Assembly (NCBI GenBank): GCA_964619365.1
Contig: CAZUDQ010000006.1
Span: forward strand, 1-64,000
DNA length: 64,000 bases
Reading direction: 5' to 3'
Origin: an uncultured archaeon
GTDB lineage: Archaea; Altiarchaeota; Altiarchaeia; JAFGQM01
Shown here: positions 48,567 to 56,511 of the stretch, piece by piece
Position numbering within the stretch: the first letter of the stretch is position 1
How the letters are laid out: each line of letters opens with the position of its first letter
The notes under the pieces: generated by a model
What the model was told of the DNA's origin: nothing
Database searches by the model: none
Seen by the model: the letters and a program-made list of their open reading frames with translations, nothing else
Position numbers and translations under genes: made by a program

Positions 48567-49289
48567 TTACTTTCTTTTCTTGGAGATTGCCTTTAAGCGG
48601 TCCGCCTCAAAACCACCCTCGCGTAAAGTTTGCCTCAATGGAGCCCCCCTTGTACGCCACATAACTTTATGTCCTGCTTCTGCTGCCCTATTAGAAAACT
48701 TTTTTACTTGACCGCGCGCTGTCCACATTGTATTTATGTGCCGATTATACTCCGTGCGCGCACCATAATCGCTGCCCCCTTCTATTACGGCATTCACTCC
48801 TTTTTTCTTAACCATCCGATAAGCTTTTTCATCAGCTACATTAGCTAGACGTTCATGCTCCTTGGCTAATTTAAGGTTACGTTTTTGAACTCTGCTTAGT
48901 TGATTTACTTTTAATCGTTCTACTTTTACCTTAGACCCACCGTCTCGCAAAAATTGTCTAGTGGGTGCTCCGTATGTGCGCCAAGTGTGTGCCCAGTTAT
49001 ACTTAGCGGCTTCATCTGCAGAGAAATTCCGGTTCTTAGTTTCTACTGTTACTAAATCATTATATTTGACATAATCAGGATGTTCCTTGTTTATACGCGC
49101 AATATTGCGGGCGTTCTTATATGCTTCAATCCTTTGTTCAGCAACACCTGTGCGCTTAATAAAATGTTTTTTAGCAGTTGTTAACTGTTTGGCAGACATA
49201 TCCTTAAGCTCTGTATGCAAATTGACTCCTTTGGGTTTTGTTGGAAACTTCGCAAGTTTTGGGTGATATCCTCTGGGTCTTGTGGGCAT
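48567..49289 (-). CDS. Basic WRTRG-motif paralog 2 (two motif copies)
   Basis: TWRTYGAPTRQFLRDGG and MWRTRGAPLRQTLREGG..RLKAISKKRK. Confidence 0.75.
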   Translation of the reverse strand: MPTRPRGYHPKLAKFPTKPKGVNLHTELKDMSAKQLTTAKKHFIKRTGVAEQRIEAYKNARNIARINKEHPDYVKYNDLVTVETKNRNFSADEAAKYNWAHTWRTYGAPTRQFLRDGGSKVKVERLKVNQLSRVQKRNLKLAKEHERLANVADEKAYRMVKKKGVNAVIEGGSDYGARTEYNRHINTMWTARGQVKKFSNRAAEAGHKVMWRTRGAPLRQTLREGGFEADRLKAISKKRK

Positions 49290-49349
49290 TTTAAGTTGTA
49301 ATCTAAGATTTGGTCTAAAAAGATAAAAATGCCAGAAAGTAAGAAAATC

Positions 49350-50036
49350 TTACTTTTTGTTTTTAGAAATGATGCGTTTTGCTTTTCTTTTCTGCGAGAT
49401 TTTATTTAGTTTCTCCGATTTGGGGCCACCGTCTTTTATTGCTTGCTTTATGTCTGCCCCTTTAGTGCGCCACATGAGTTTAAATCTTACTTTTGCGAGC
49501 TCTTCGGTATGAATATTTTGAGCTTTTTTGGTTGCGATAAAGTTGATTTTGTGTGCACGATAAACTTCCTTGGTTGTTGTTTTAGCTTTCCCAGAGGGCA
49601 TTTGTATGTATTTTTTAAAAAGTGCTATTGCAACATCTTTATGTGTCTTTTTAGGTTCCTGACATGCAACAAGCCATTTCTTGCGTTTTTTTTCGTTTTT
49701 GCGCAGTTCATTCAACTCTTTTTTTAGGTCTTTTGCCCTCTTATTATATTCTAATGATTTATCAGCATGTACGTTTTTAGCCTCTGTGCTTATTTGCAAC
49801 GAATCAACATAGCTATTATAATTTTTGTCACCTTCTTTCGTGCTTTTGATTGCTTTTTTGAGTGCAACTAGATTCTTTTGATGTGCTTTACTAAGGCCCA
49901 TGTAATATTTTCTGCCGGCAATGGCCTGTTTTACTGAAATTGTAGAATTAACATTAGTAGCAGCGTTAAACCCCTTTGGTTTCTTTGCCAAGTTGGTGAA
50001 TTTTTCTCTAGGCTTTTTTACTGATTTTGAAACCAT
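49350..50036 (-). CDS. Basic WRTRG-motif paralog 3
   Basis: MWRTKGADIKQAIKDGGPKSEKLNKISQKRK. Confidence 0.75.
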   Translation of the reverse strand: MVSKSVKKPREKFTNLAKKPKGFNAATNVNSTISVKQAIAGRKYYMGLSKAHQKNLVALKKAIKSTKEGDKNYNSYVDSLQISTEAKNVHADKSLEYNKRAKDLKKELNELRKNEKKRKKWLVACQEPKKTHKDVAIALFKKYIQMPSGKAKTTTKEVYRAHKINFIATKKAQNIHTEELAKVRFKLMWRTKGADIKQAIKDGGPKSEKLNKISQKRKAKRIISKNKK

Positions 50037-50098
50037 TTTTAATTAGCATGCCTGACTAGGATAAGCAATAGACTTAAGAGTAAAGAGATAAAAATCCT

Positions 50099-50285
50099 AA
50101 AAAGTAAGAAAATCTTACTTTCTCGGAAATACCCGAGGAGTATTGTCGGGTTACTTTGTAACCCAACGTAATAGAAATTTAAAAAGTAAGAAAATCTTAC
50201 TTTATCGGAAATACCCGATGAGTATGGTCGGGTTACTTTGTAACCCAACATAATAGAAATTTAAAAGGTAAGAAAATCTTACTTT
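50099..50285. repeat. 82-bp tandem repeat (2 units plus a third palindrome), three hairpins per unit
   Basis: Period 82 (50099, 50181, 50263); 4 substitutions between units 1 and 2. Confidence 0.92.
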
Positions 50286-50809
50286 TTCGTTCTCCTTGAT
50301 TTTTTTCTCATATTTGAAATAAGTTTTAGTCTAAATGCCCCAATCCCACCTTTTTTCATTTTAGTCTTAAGCTTAGATCCGCGCGTGCGCCAGATAATTG
50401 CAGTCTCGTAATCTGCCCTTCTATTATTGAGGTATTTAGTGTAGGCTCCCTTTGATTGCTTGATTTGTCCGTCATAATCTTTTCTTCTGTACTTTAGCTC
50501 GCTTAAATTCAGCTTGTTAACATCAAGACCCTCTCTTAACTTTACTAATTCGGATTCTGCAAGCCGCCGTCCCTGTTTACCCTCTTTTATGTCTGCCCGA
50601 GATGATCTAAGTTCTTCCTGCTTACTGGCAATTTTCCGAAGTTCCTCGACATGTTTTATTCTACTACGAACCTCAGCTTCTGGCATTCCATTAATCTCTT
50701 CTTTTCTCAAGTCACCAAGAGGTGCAATTTGGAGTTGGTATGGTTCTCTGTGAGGTGGGCGTTTGATTTTAAACCATCCCAAAGAGGGCTTTTCCTGTTT
50801 TGTGGGCAT
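50279..50809 (-). CDS. Basic WRTRG-motif paralog 4
   Basis: IWRTRGSKLKTKMKKGG...RLKLISNMRK. Confidence 0.75.
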   Translation of the reverse strand: MPTKQEKPSLGWFKIKRPPHREPYQLQIAPLGDLRKEEINGMPEAEVRSRIKHVEELRKIASKQEELRSSRADIKEGKQGRRLAESELVKLREGLDVNKLNLSELKYRRKDYDGQIKQSKGAYTKYLNNRRADYETAIIWRTRGSKLKTKMKKGGIGAFRLKLISNMRKKSRRTKK

Positions 50810-50908
50810 TTAGTTATAATCGATAGGGGTTAAGGCTAAAGGAATAAAAAATTCAAAAGTAAGAATTTCTTACTTATTTCTTTAGGTTCCTGGAAAAGTA
50901 AGAAAATC

Positions 50909-51490
50909 TTACTTTTTGTTTTTAGAAATGAGGACCGTGCGTTTTGCTTTTCTTTTCTGCGAGATTTTATTTAGTTTCTCCGATTTGGGGCCGCCGTCTT
51001 TTATTGCTTGCTTTATGTCAGCTCCGCGAGTACGCCACATGAATGCATGATTAAATTTCGCCGCTTCTCCAGCAGCTTTTTTCGCTTCGTCTTGTCCTGC
51101 CGTCCTCAACTGGCTATATCTAGTAAACAAAGGACCCTCCTTGCGTGCATCAGCTACATTACGAGCTTTCTCATATGCATTGACCCTCTTTATATTTGCT
51201 TTGTTAAGTGCGTTGTAATAGTTTCTAGCCAGTTTTACTTGTCTTGTGGACATATCCTTAAGTTTAGCATCCGGATTAACTCCAATTGGTTGTTCCGGCA
51301 ACTTGATGGATTTTGGTCTGTAGCTATTACGTCCCCCTCGCTTGCCCACACCAGTACCCTGATGACTAAACTCCATTGCACCTCGTGGGCGCGACCTTGA
51401 CGTTCTGCCTGGAACAAACTCAAACTGGATTCCATATTGACTCGCAGCAGTAGACTTAATTTCTCCGTGCGATCTCGTAGGTCTTGGCAT
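50909..51490 (-). CDS. Basic WRTRG-motif paralog 5
   Basis: MWRTRGADIKQAIKDGGPKSEKLNKISQKRK. Confidence 0.75.
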   Translation of the reverse strand: MPRPTRSHGEIKSTAASQYGIQFEFVPGRTSRSRPRGAMEFSHQGTGVGKRGGRNSYRPKSIKLPEQPIGVNPDAKLKDMSTRQVKLARNYYNALNKANIKRVNAYEKARNVADARKEGPLFTRYSQLRTAGQDEAKKAAGEAAKFNHAFMWRTRGADIKQAIKDGGPKSEKLNKISQKRKAKRTVLISKNKK

Positions 51491-51540
51491 TTTAAGTTAT
51501 ATACTAGAATTCATTCTAAAAAGATAAAAATAAAGAAAAA

Positions 51541-51556
51541 TGGGGATTTCTCCCCA
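51541..51556 (-). terminator. GNRA hairpin after Cys-rich gene 1
   Basis: Minus strand TGGGGA-GAAA-TCCCCA followed by a T-tract. Confidence 0.6.
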
Positions 51557-51563
51557 GTTAGTC

Positions 51564-52382
51564 CTAGACGCAACACGCCCCACATGAACTGTGTCCACAG
51601 GTGCTTGCCGAAAGGTCTGTACTTATCCAACAAACGCCAGTGCAGGTGCTTGTCGTAGACTTTGCGACATAACAGGTTCCTCCAAGAAGTCCAGCTTCCG
51701 TTGGACACCCTTCCTCAGATACTGTAGAGTCACTGCCATCCATCGAATATGTGCAACCACAGTTTTTCATCTTTTGGATTGCCTGTTCCTCTGGCGTGGG
51801 GCTTGGTGGGTTTGGCATTGTGCACATCTCGTTTGAGTCGTGCCCGCAACCCGTTCCATCAGATTCTACCCAGCACTTGCCGTCGCATGATTCTTTTGTC
51901 ATTACCCATTGGCTGCCCTGCTTTTCTGTGTAAACGTCACTTGCTTCCGAGTCATACCAGCAGCCACAGTTTTCCATAGCGTCATTTGCTTCAGACTTTG
52001 TAAGCTCTGTTGGCTCAGGAGGTTCTGGGGGGTTTGGCATTGTGCACATCTCGTTTGAGTCGTGCCCGCAACCAGTATCATCAGTTCCTACCCAGCATTT
52101 TCCGCCGCATGATTCTTTTGTCATTACCCACTGGCTGCCCTGCTTTTCTGTGTATACTCCGTTGGCATACGGGTCATACCAGCAGCCGCAGTCTTTCATT
52201 GCGGCATTTGCCTGGGATTCGGTCAGGTCTGTTGTCGGTGTGGGTGTCGGGGTTGGAGTGGGTGTTGGCGTCGGAGTCGGTGCGGGGGCTGGAGAACCAC
52301 CCATAAGGACTACGGCCGCTATTATCGCAAGCACTATCACTACAACGCCAATAATTACTAATTGTTGTGTATCTAATGTCAT
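51564..52382 (-). CDS. Membrane-anchored Cys-rich repeat surface protein (3 repeats, PT linker)
   Basis: N-terminal TM helix, (PT)n, repeats LT.S.A..AM..CGCWYD...QWVMTKESC.GKCWV...GCGHDSNEMCTMP. Confidence 0.85.
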   Translation of the reverse strand: MTLDTQQLVIIGVVVIVLAIIAAVVLMGGSPAPAPTPTPTPTPTPTPTPTTDLTESQANAAMKDCGCWYDPYANGVYTEKQGSQWVMTKESCGGKCWVGTDDTGCGHDSNEMCTMPNPPEPPEPTELTKSEANDAMENCGCWYDSEASDVYTEKQGSQWVMTKESCDGKCWVESDGTGCGHDSNEMCTMPNPPSPTPEEQAIQKMKNCGCTYSMDGSDSTVSEEGCPTEAGLLGGTCYVAKSTTSTCTGVCWISTDLSASTCGHSSCGACCV

Positions 52383-52499
52383 TTTTGATTTGCTTAAAAG
52401 CATAAAATCTTATGGCAGATTTGATTTAAATGAGAATGCCTAAGGAAGAATAAGATAATTGCAATAAGAAAAAGAATAAAATAAAAAAAGAAAATATTT

Positions 52500-52515
52500 G
52501 GGGAGTCACCTCCCC
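52500..52515 (-). terminator. GNRA hairpin after Cys-rich gene 2
   Basis: Minus strand GGGGAG-GTGA-CTCCCC followed by a T-rich tract. Confidence 0.6.
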
Positions 52516-52523
52516 TTAGCTAC

Positions 52524-54041
52524 TTAGAGACAACACGCCCCACATGAACTATGTCCGCAAGTGCTTGACGAAAGGTCAGTGCTTACCCAGCAGACGCCTG
52601 AACATGTGCTTGATGTAGACTCTGCAACCCAGCACTCGCCACCAAGAAGTTTTGCTTCAGTTGGACAACTCTTCTTTGAAACTGTTGAGTCGCTTCCAGT
52701 CATAGAATAGCTGCAACCGCAGTTCTTCATCATCTCGATTGCTTTTTCCTTGTCTGTTGGCTCAGGTGGATCTGGCATTGTGCACATCTCGTTTGAGTCG
52801 TGTCCGCAGTTGTAAGCATCTGTGTCTATCCAACACTTTCCGCCACAATTCTCTTTGGTCATAACCCACTGGTTGCTCTTCTTCTTTGTAGACACATCAC
52901 TTGCACTTGGATCATACCAGCAACCGCAGTTTACCATTCTCCTATCTGCTTCATCCTGGTCAATTGTGCAATCAGCCTTTGTGATATGCGTCTTTCCAGA
53001 GTATAGGTTTATTCTACATTCACCCTTACAACTGTCATGCGTTATAACAAGGTCGTCGCCATCATATCTTGTGTGGCTTTTACTGCTACCTGCATCAAAC
53101 GGGCATCCATTGTCTTCAAGGCGCCTGACAGCCGTACTCTTTGACATCTTACACTGTGGGTCGCCTGGAATCTGTGTGTCACCAGTGTTCACATTGATTT
53201 TACACTGTTCCTGGCAATTCTCCTCTTTCATAATATAGTAGTCTCCACTGCGGTAGACGTCAACATCACTGTCTGAAGGGTCAAATGGACAACCTGCAGC
53301 TTCCATTTTTGAAACCGCCTGGCTTCTTGTTAATGGGCCTTCTTTACATGCTGGACCGCCTGCATCAACGTGGACATATCCTGTGTTCTTGTTACAGGTA
53401 CACTGTCCATTACAGCCTGTCTTTTGCATGACATACTGGTCAGCACTCCATGTTACTGAGACACCAGTGTCGCCGTAATTATAGAAACATCCGCCGGATT
53501 TCATCTTATCGATACATTCCTGCTGTGTGAGCCCTGGAGTTAGTCCCGTGCACATCTCGTTAACATCATGTCCGCAACCCGAACCGTCAAGATTTACCCA
53601 GCATTTTCCACCACATCCGGATTTCGAGATAATCCATTGGTTACCTTCTTGGGCTATCGACTCGTCTGGGTCTGATAAATCATACCAGCAACCACATGCC
53701 ACCATTGCCGATGTTGCTTCAGACTTTGTTAAGTCCTGTGTCGGAGTTGGCGTTGAACCGCAGTCTGCAGTTATATCAATGTTGCCTGACTTTTCGTTGA
53801 TTGCACATGAACCGGTGCAACCTTCTTTTGTCATCGTCAATACGTCACCTGAAATCGAGACTGAGACGCCTTCCTCACTTTGTGAGTATGGGCATGTTGA
53901 ACTTTCAAGTCTAGATATCGCTTCACTTGGTGTCAGTTCGCTACTTGATGAACCGCCGCTTAGTAAAACAACTGCTGCGATTACAACAACTAGGACTACT
54001 ACCACTAAAATCACTATTTGTTTAGAATTGTTTGAATCCAT
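52524..54041 (-). CDS. Membrane-anchored Cys-rich repeat surface protein (~7 repeats)
   Basis: N-terminal TM helix; seven ~60-75 aa units; same C-terminal unit as 51564 (TCGHSSCGACC). Confidence 0.85.
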   Translation of the reverse strand: MDSNNSKQIVILVVVVLVVVIAAVVLLSGGSSSSELTPSEAISRLESSTCPYSQSEEGVSVSISGDVLTMTKEGCTGSCAINEKSGNIDITADCGSTPTPTQDLTKSEATSAMVACGCWYDLSDPDESIAQEGNQWIISKSGCGGKCWVNLDGSGCGHDVNEMCTGLTPGLTQQECIDKMKSGGCFYNYGDTGVSVTWSADQYVMQKTGCNGQCTCNKNTGYVHVDAGGPACKEGPLTRSQAVSKMEAAGCPFDPSDSDVDVYRSGDYYIMKEENCQEQCKINVNTGDTQIPGDPQCKMSKSTAVRRLEDNGCPFDAGSSKSHTRYDGDDLVITHDSCKGECRINLYSGKTHITKADCTIDQDEADRRMVNCGCWYDPSASDVSTKKKSNQWVMTKENCGGKCWIDTDAYNCGHDSNEMCTMPDPPEPTDKEKAIEMMKNCGCSYSMTGSDSTVSKKSCPTEAKLLGGECWVAESTSSTCSGVCWVSTDLSSSTCGHSSCGACCL

Positions 54042-54117
54042 TTTGGATTGATTAATAATATCCCCGATAATAGTTATGGAATTTCTTATTTAAATGCAAA
54101 TAATCAAAGTAAAGGCA

Positions 54118-54870
54118 ATGCTTGAGATAAAGAATTTGTCTGTCGGTATTGAAGATAAAAAGATACTGGAGGACATTAACATCAAGGTAGGTTCGGGCGA
54201 GACTTATATGATATTTGGCCCCAACGGCAGCGGCAAGACTACATTATTAAGGGCTATTCTCGGCTATCCAAAATATGATGTGCTCAATGGAAAAATAGAA
54301 CTTAATGGAAAAGAACTTACAACGTTACCAATAGACAAAAGAGTAAAACTTGGTCTTGGAATGGGGTTCCAGCATCCCCCTGAGATAAAGGGGATAACGC
54401 TTCTTGATATGCTTAAGATTTGCGAAGGTAAAGGTCCTGAAGACGATTTATCAAACGATGCAAAAAACCTGATAAAAAAATTAAATATGTCAGATTTCCT
54501 TGAAAGGGATGTCAATCGAGGTTTTTCCGGAGGGGAAAGGAAGCGCTCAGAAGTCCTTCAACTGCTTCTTATGAAACCGCACCTGATGCTTCTTGACGAG
54601 CCGGACTCAGGCGTTGATGTAGAAAGCCTTGCACTAATCGGAAAGACTATAAATGATTACATCAAAAAAGAAGATGCCTCGGCGATGATAGTCACTCATC
54701 AGGGAAAAGTCATGGATTATATTGCGGCAAGCCACGCATGCGTCCTTATCGGTGGAAAGTCTTATTGTTACAAAGGACCAAAGGGCATAATGAAGGATAT
54801 CGAAGAGCGTGGATATCGTGCATGCGTCAACTGCCCTTTGCGAAAGGAGGATGATAACTGTGGAACGTAA
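54118..54870 (+). CDS. sufC: Fe-S assembly ATPase SufC (SmsC-like)
   Basis: GPNGSGKT, FQHPP, N.GFSGGE.KR.E, DEPDSGVD, C-terminal CxxC. Confidence 0.92.
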   Translation: MLEIKNLSVGIEDKKILEDINIKVGSGETYMIFGPNGSGKTTLLRAILGYPKYDVLNGKIELNGKELTTLPIDKRVKLGLGMGFQHPPEIKGITLLDMLKICEGKGPEDDLSNDAKNLIKKLNMSDFLERDVNRGFSGGERKRSEVLQLLLMKPHLMLLDEPDSGVDVESLALIGKTINDYIKKEDASAMIVTHQGKVMDYIAASHACVLIGGKSYCYKGPKGIMKDIEERGYRACVNCPLRKEDDNCGT

Positions 54871-55996
54871 AGACAAGTCGTCAGACATCCTCTCAGACCT
54901 TCCAGAGGAGATATTAAAGGCGGCGGCAAAGGTCGGTGTGACTAGAGAAGATAAGTCAAATGATAGGGCCGGGACCTACTTCCAGCTTGATGAAAACAGG
55001 ATAGATGCTGCAATAAACAAACGCATGGAAGGTCTCATTGAGATAATGCCTATTGAAGAGGCTCTCAAAAAATACGCCTGGCTTAAAGATTATTCCTGGA
55101 ATCTTGTTCCAAAGGATAAAGACGAATTCACAAAAGAGGTCGCAAAAAACGGCAAAGGCGGTTACTTCATGAGAATACTAAAAGACGCTGATGTGACATT
55201 TCCCCTACAATCATGCCTTATGGTTTCTGACGGTGAACGCCAGCGCGTCCATAATATAATAATAGCTGAGGAGGGTTCTAACTCGCGAATAATCACCGGT
55301 TGTGCCAAACATCCGCACGCGCAAAATGGCGAACATCTTGGAATCTCGGAATTATATGTCAAAAAGGGCGCAAAACTTCATTTTACTATGATTCATGACT
55401 GGGCACAAGGGACAAAAGTCCGCCCAAGAAGCGTGACAAATATTGAAGATGGTGGGGAATTCATTTCAGACTATATATCTCTTGCACCTGTAGCAGACAT
55501 ACAGATGTACCCAAAAGCCGTCTGTAAGGGAAAAGGATCGCGCGCTGCACTCAATTCCATACTTCTTGCAAAAGGCAAAAGCAATCTTGATATTGGAAGC
55601 GAGATTGTGCTTTCTGGAAAGGGCTCGCAAGGTGAAATAGTATCACGCTCAATTGCAAAAGATGAGGCTACACTTATTGTCAGGGGGCGCCTAGTTGGCA
55701 AGTCTAAAGAATGCACGGGGCATTTGGAGTGTCAGAGCCTTAACCTGGGGGAAGCAAATATCCATGCTATCCCTGAGCTAAAGGTTGTTACAGAAGGTGC
55801 AGAACTTTCACACGAGGCCGCAGTTGGCAAGATATCTGATGTCGAACTTGTCTACCTCATGTCGCGCGGCTTAAGCGAAGATGAAGCAACGGCAACAATT
55901 GCACGAGGTTTTTTAGATGCAAAAATACTTGGTCTTCCAGAAGAACTTGAGGCGAGAATTAAAAAACTGGTCGACGAGGCGGCTATTGGAAACTAG
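54851..55996 (+). CDS. sufB: Fe-S assembly scaffold SufB/D (SmsB-like)
   Basis: PLQSC, HNIIIAEEGS, GHLEC, IPEL, LSHEAAVGKI, YLMSRGL. Confidence 0.92.
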   Translation: MITVERKDKSSDILSDLPEEILKAAAKVGVTREDKSNDRAGTYFQLDENRIDAAINKRMEGLIEIMPIEEALKKYAWLKDYSWNLVPKDKDEFTKEVAKNGKGGYFMRILKDADVTFPLQSCLMVSDGERQRVHNIIIAEEGSNSRIITGCAKHPHAQNGEHLGISELYVKKGAKLHFTMIHDWAQGTKVRPRSVTNIEDGGEFISDYISLAPVADIQMYPKAVCKGKGSRAALNSILLAKGKSNLDIGSEIVLSGKGSQGEIVSRSIAKDEATLIVRGRLVGKSKECTGHLECQSLNLGEANIHAIPELKVVTEGAELSHEAAVGKISDVELVYLMSRGLSEDEATATIARGFLDAKILGLPEELEARIKKLVDEAAIGN

Positions 55997-56001
55997 ACCG
56001 G

Positions 56002-56373
56002 CTAGTTCTTATCTCTTGGAAACAAGTTTTTTACTTCCAAAGGCATGAGTTCTTTGTGTTTATCCACAGGTATTTTTCTAGGGGAAATTGGCTCTCCATA
56101 GGTACCCATGTGTCTCCGTGACATTTTAGATCCAGAAATCACTATGTCTGACCCCTCATGTTTAAAAGTTATGCTTCGTATGAGTTGTTCTCGGGGCAAC
56201 CATTGTTCATGACTTATTTTCATCCCTGTGGGTGATTTTCTCCAGGTGAGCTTGTCTCCTGCAGGCATCGATTTTTTATATTCCCGTAGCATCTGCCTTA
56301 AATTAGGCATGAAGGGATGTTCCTTGTTCGTAGAACTCTTTCTAACTGGATTTTTCCTGGCGGGCATTGCCAT
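56002..56373 (-). CDS. Small basic orphan protein
   Basis: M(AM)PARKNPVRK start; upstream motif like that of the paralog array; antisense between sufB and porC. Confidence 0.6.
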   Translation of the reverse strand: MAMPARKNPVRKSSTNKEHPFMPNLRQMLREYKKSMPAGDKLTWRKSPTGMKISHEQWLPREQLIRSITFKHEGSDIVISGSKMSRRHMGTYGEPISPRKIPVDKHKELMPLEVKNLFPRDKN

Positions 56374-56511
56374 ATACTTACCCTTAAAAAGATAAAAGTT
56401 GCGGCCTAAAAAAGAATCGCCCTTTTATTCTCGTATGGGTAATATATTCCTTCTTTTTGTTAGGCCAAAAGCCAACGCAAAAGATACTTCAAATATAACC
56501 TTCACCACAAA

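Larger units (their letters stand above)
48553..50915. repeat. Dispersed 21-bp palindrome AAAGTAAG-AAAAT-CTTACTTT, 7 copies
   Basis: Copies at 48553, 49336, 50101, 50183, 50265 (AAGGTAAG variant), 50856 (variant) and 50895; four overlap paralog stop codons. Confidence 0.9.

Noticed and set aside
50039-50251. 70-aa ORF across the 82-bp repeats
   Set aside because: TTG start, a repeat period not divisible by 3, and it runs over the promoter of the next gene; likely spurious.
50099-50285. CRISPR array
   Set aside because: The 61-bp 'spacers' are near-identical to each other and structured, there are only three consecutive repeats, and no cas genes are present.
48553-50915. Canonical integron attC sites
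   Set aside because: No RYYYAAC/GTTRRRY core boxes, the palindrome is far shorter than attC, and no integrase is in the window; kept only as an analogy.
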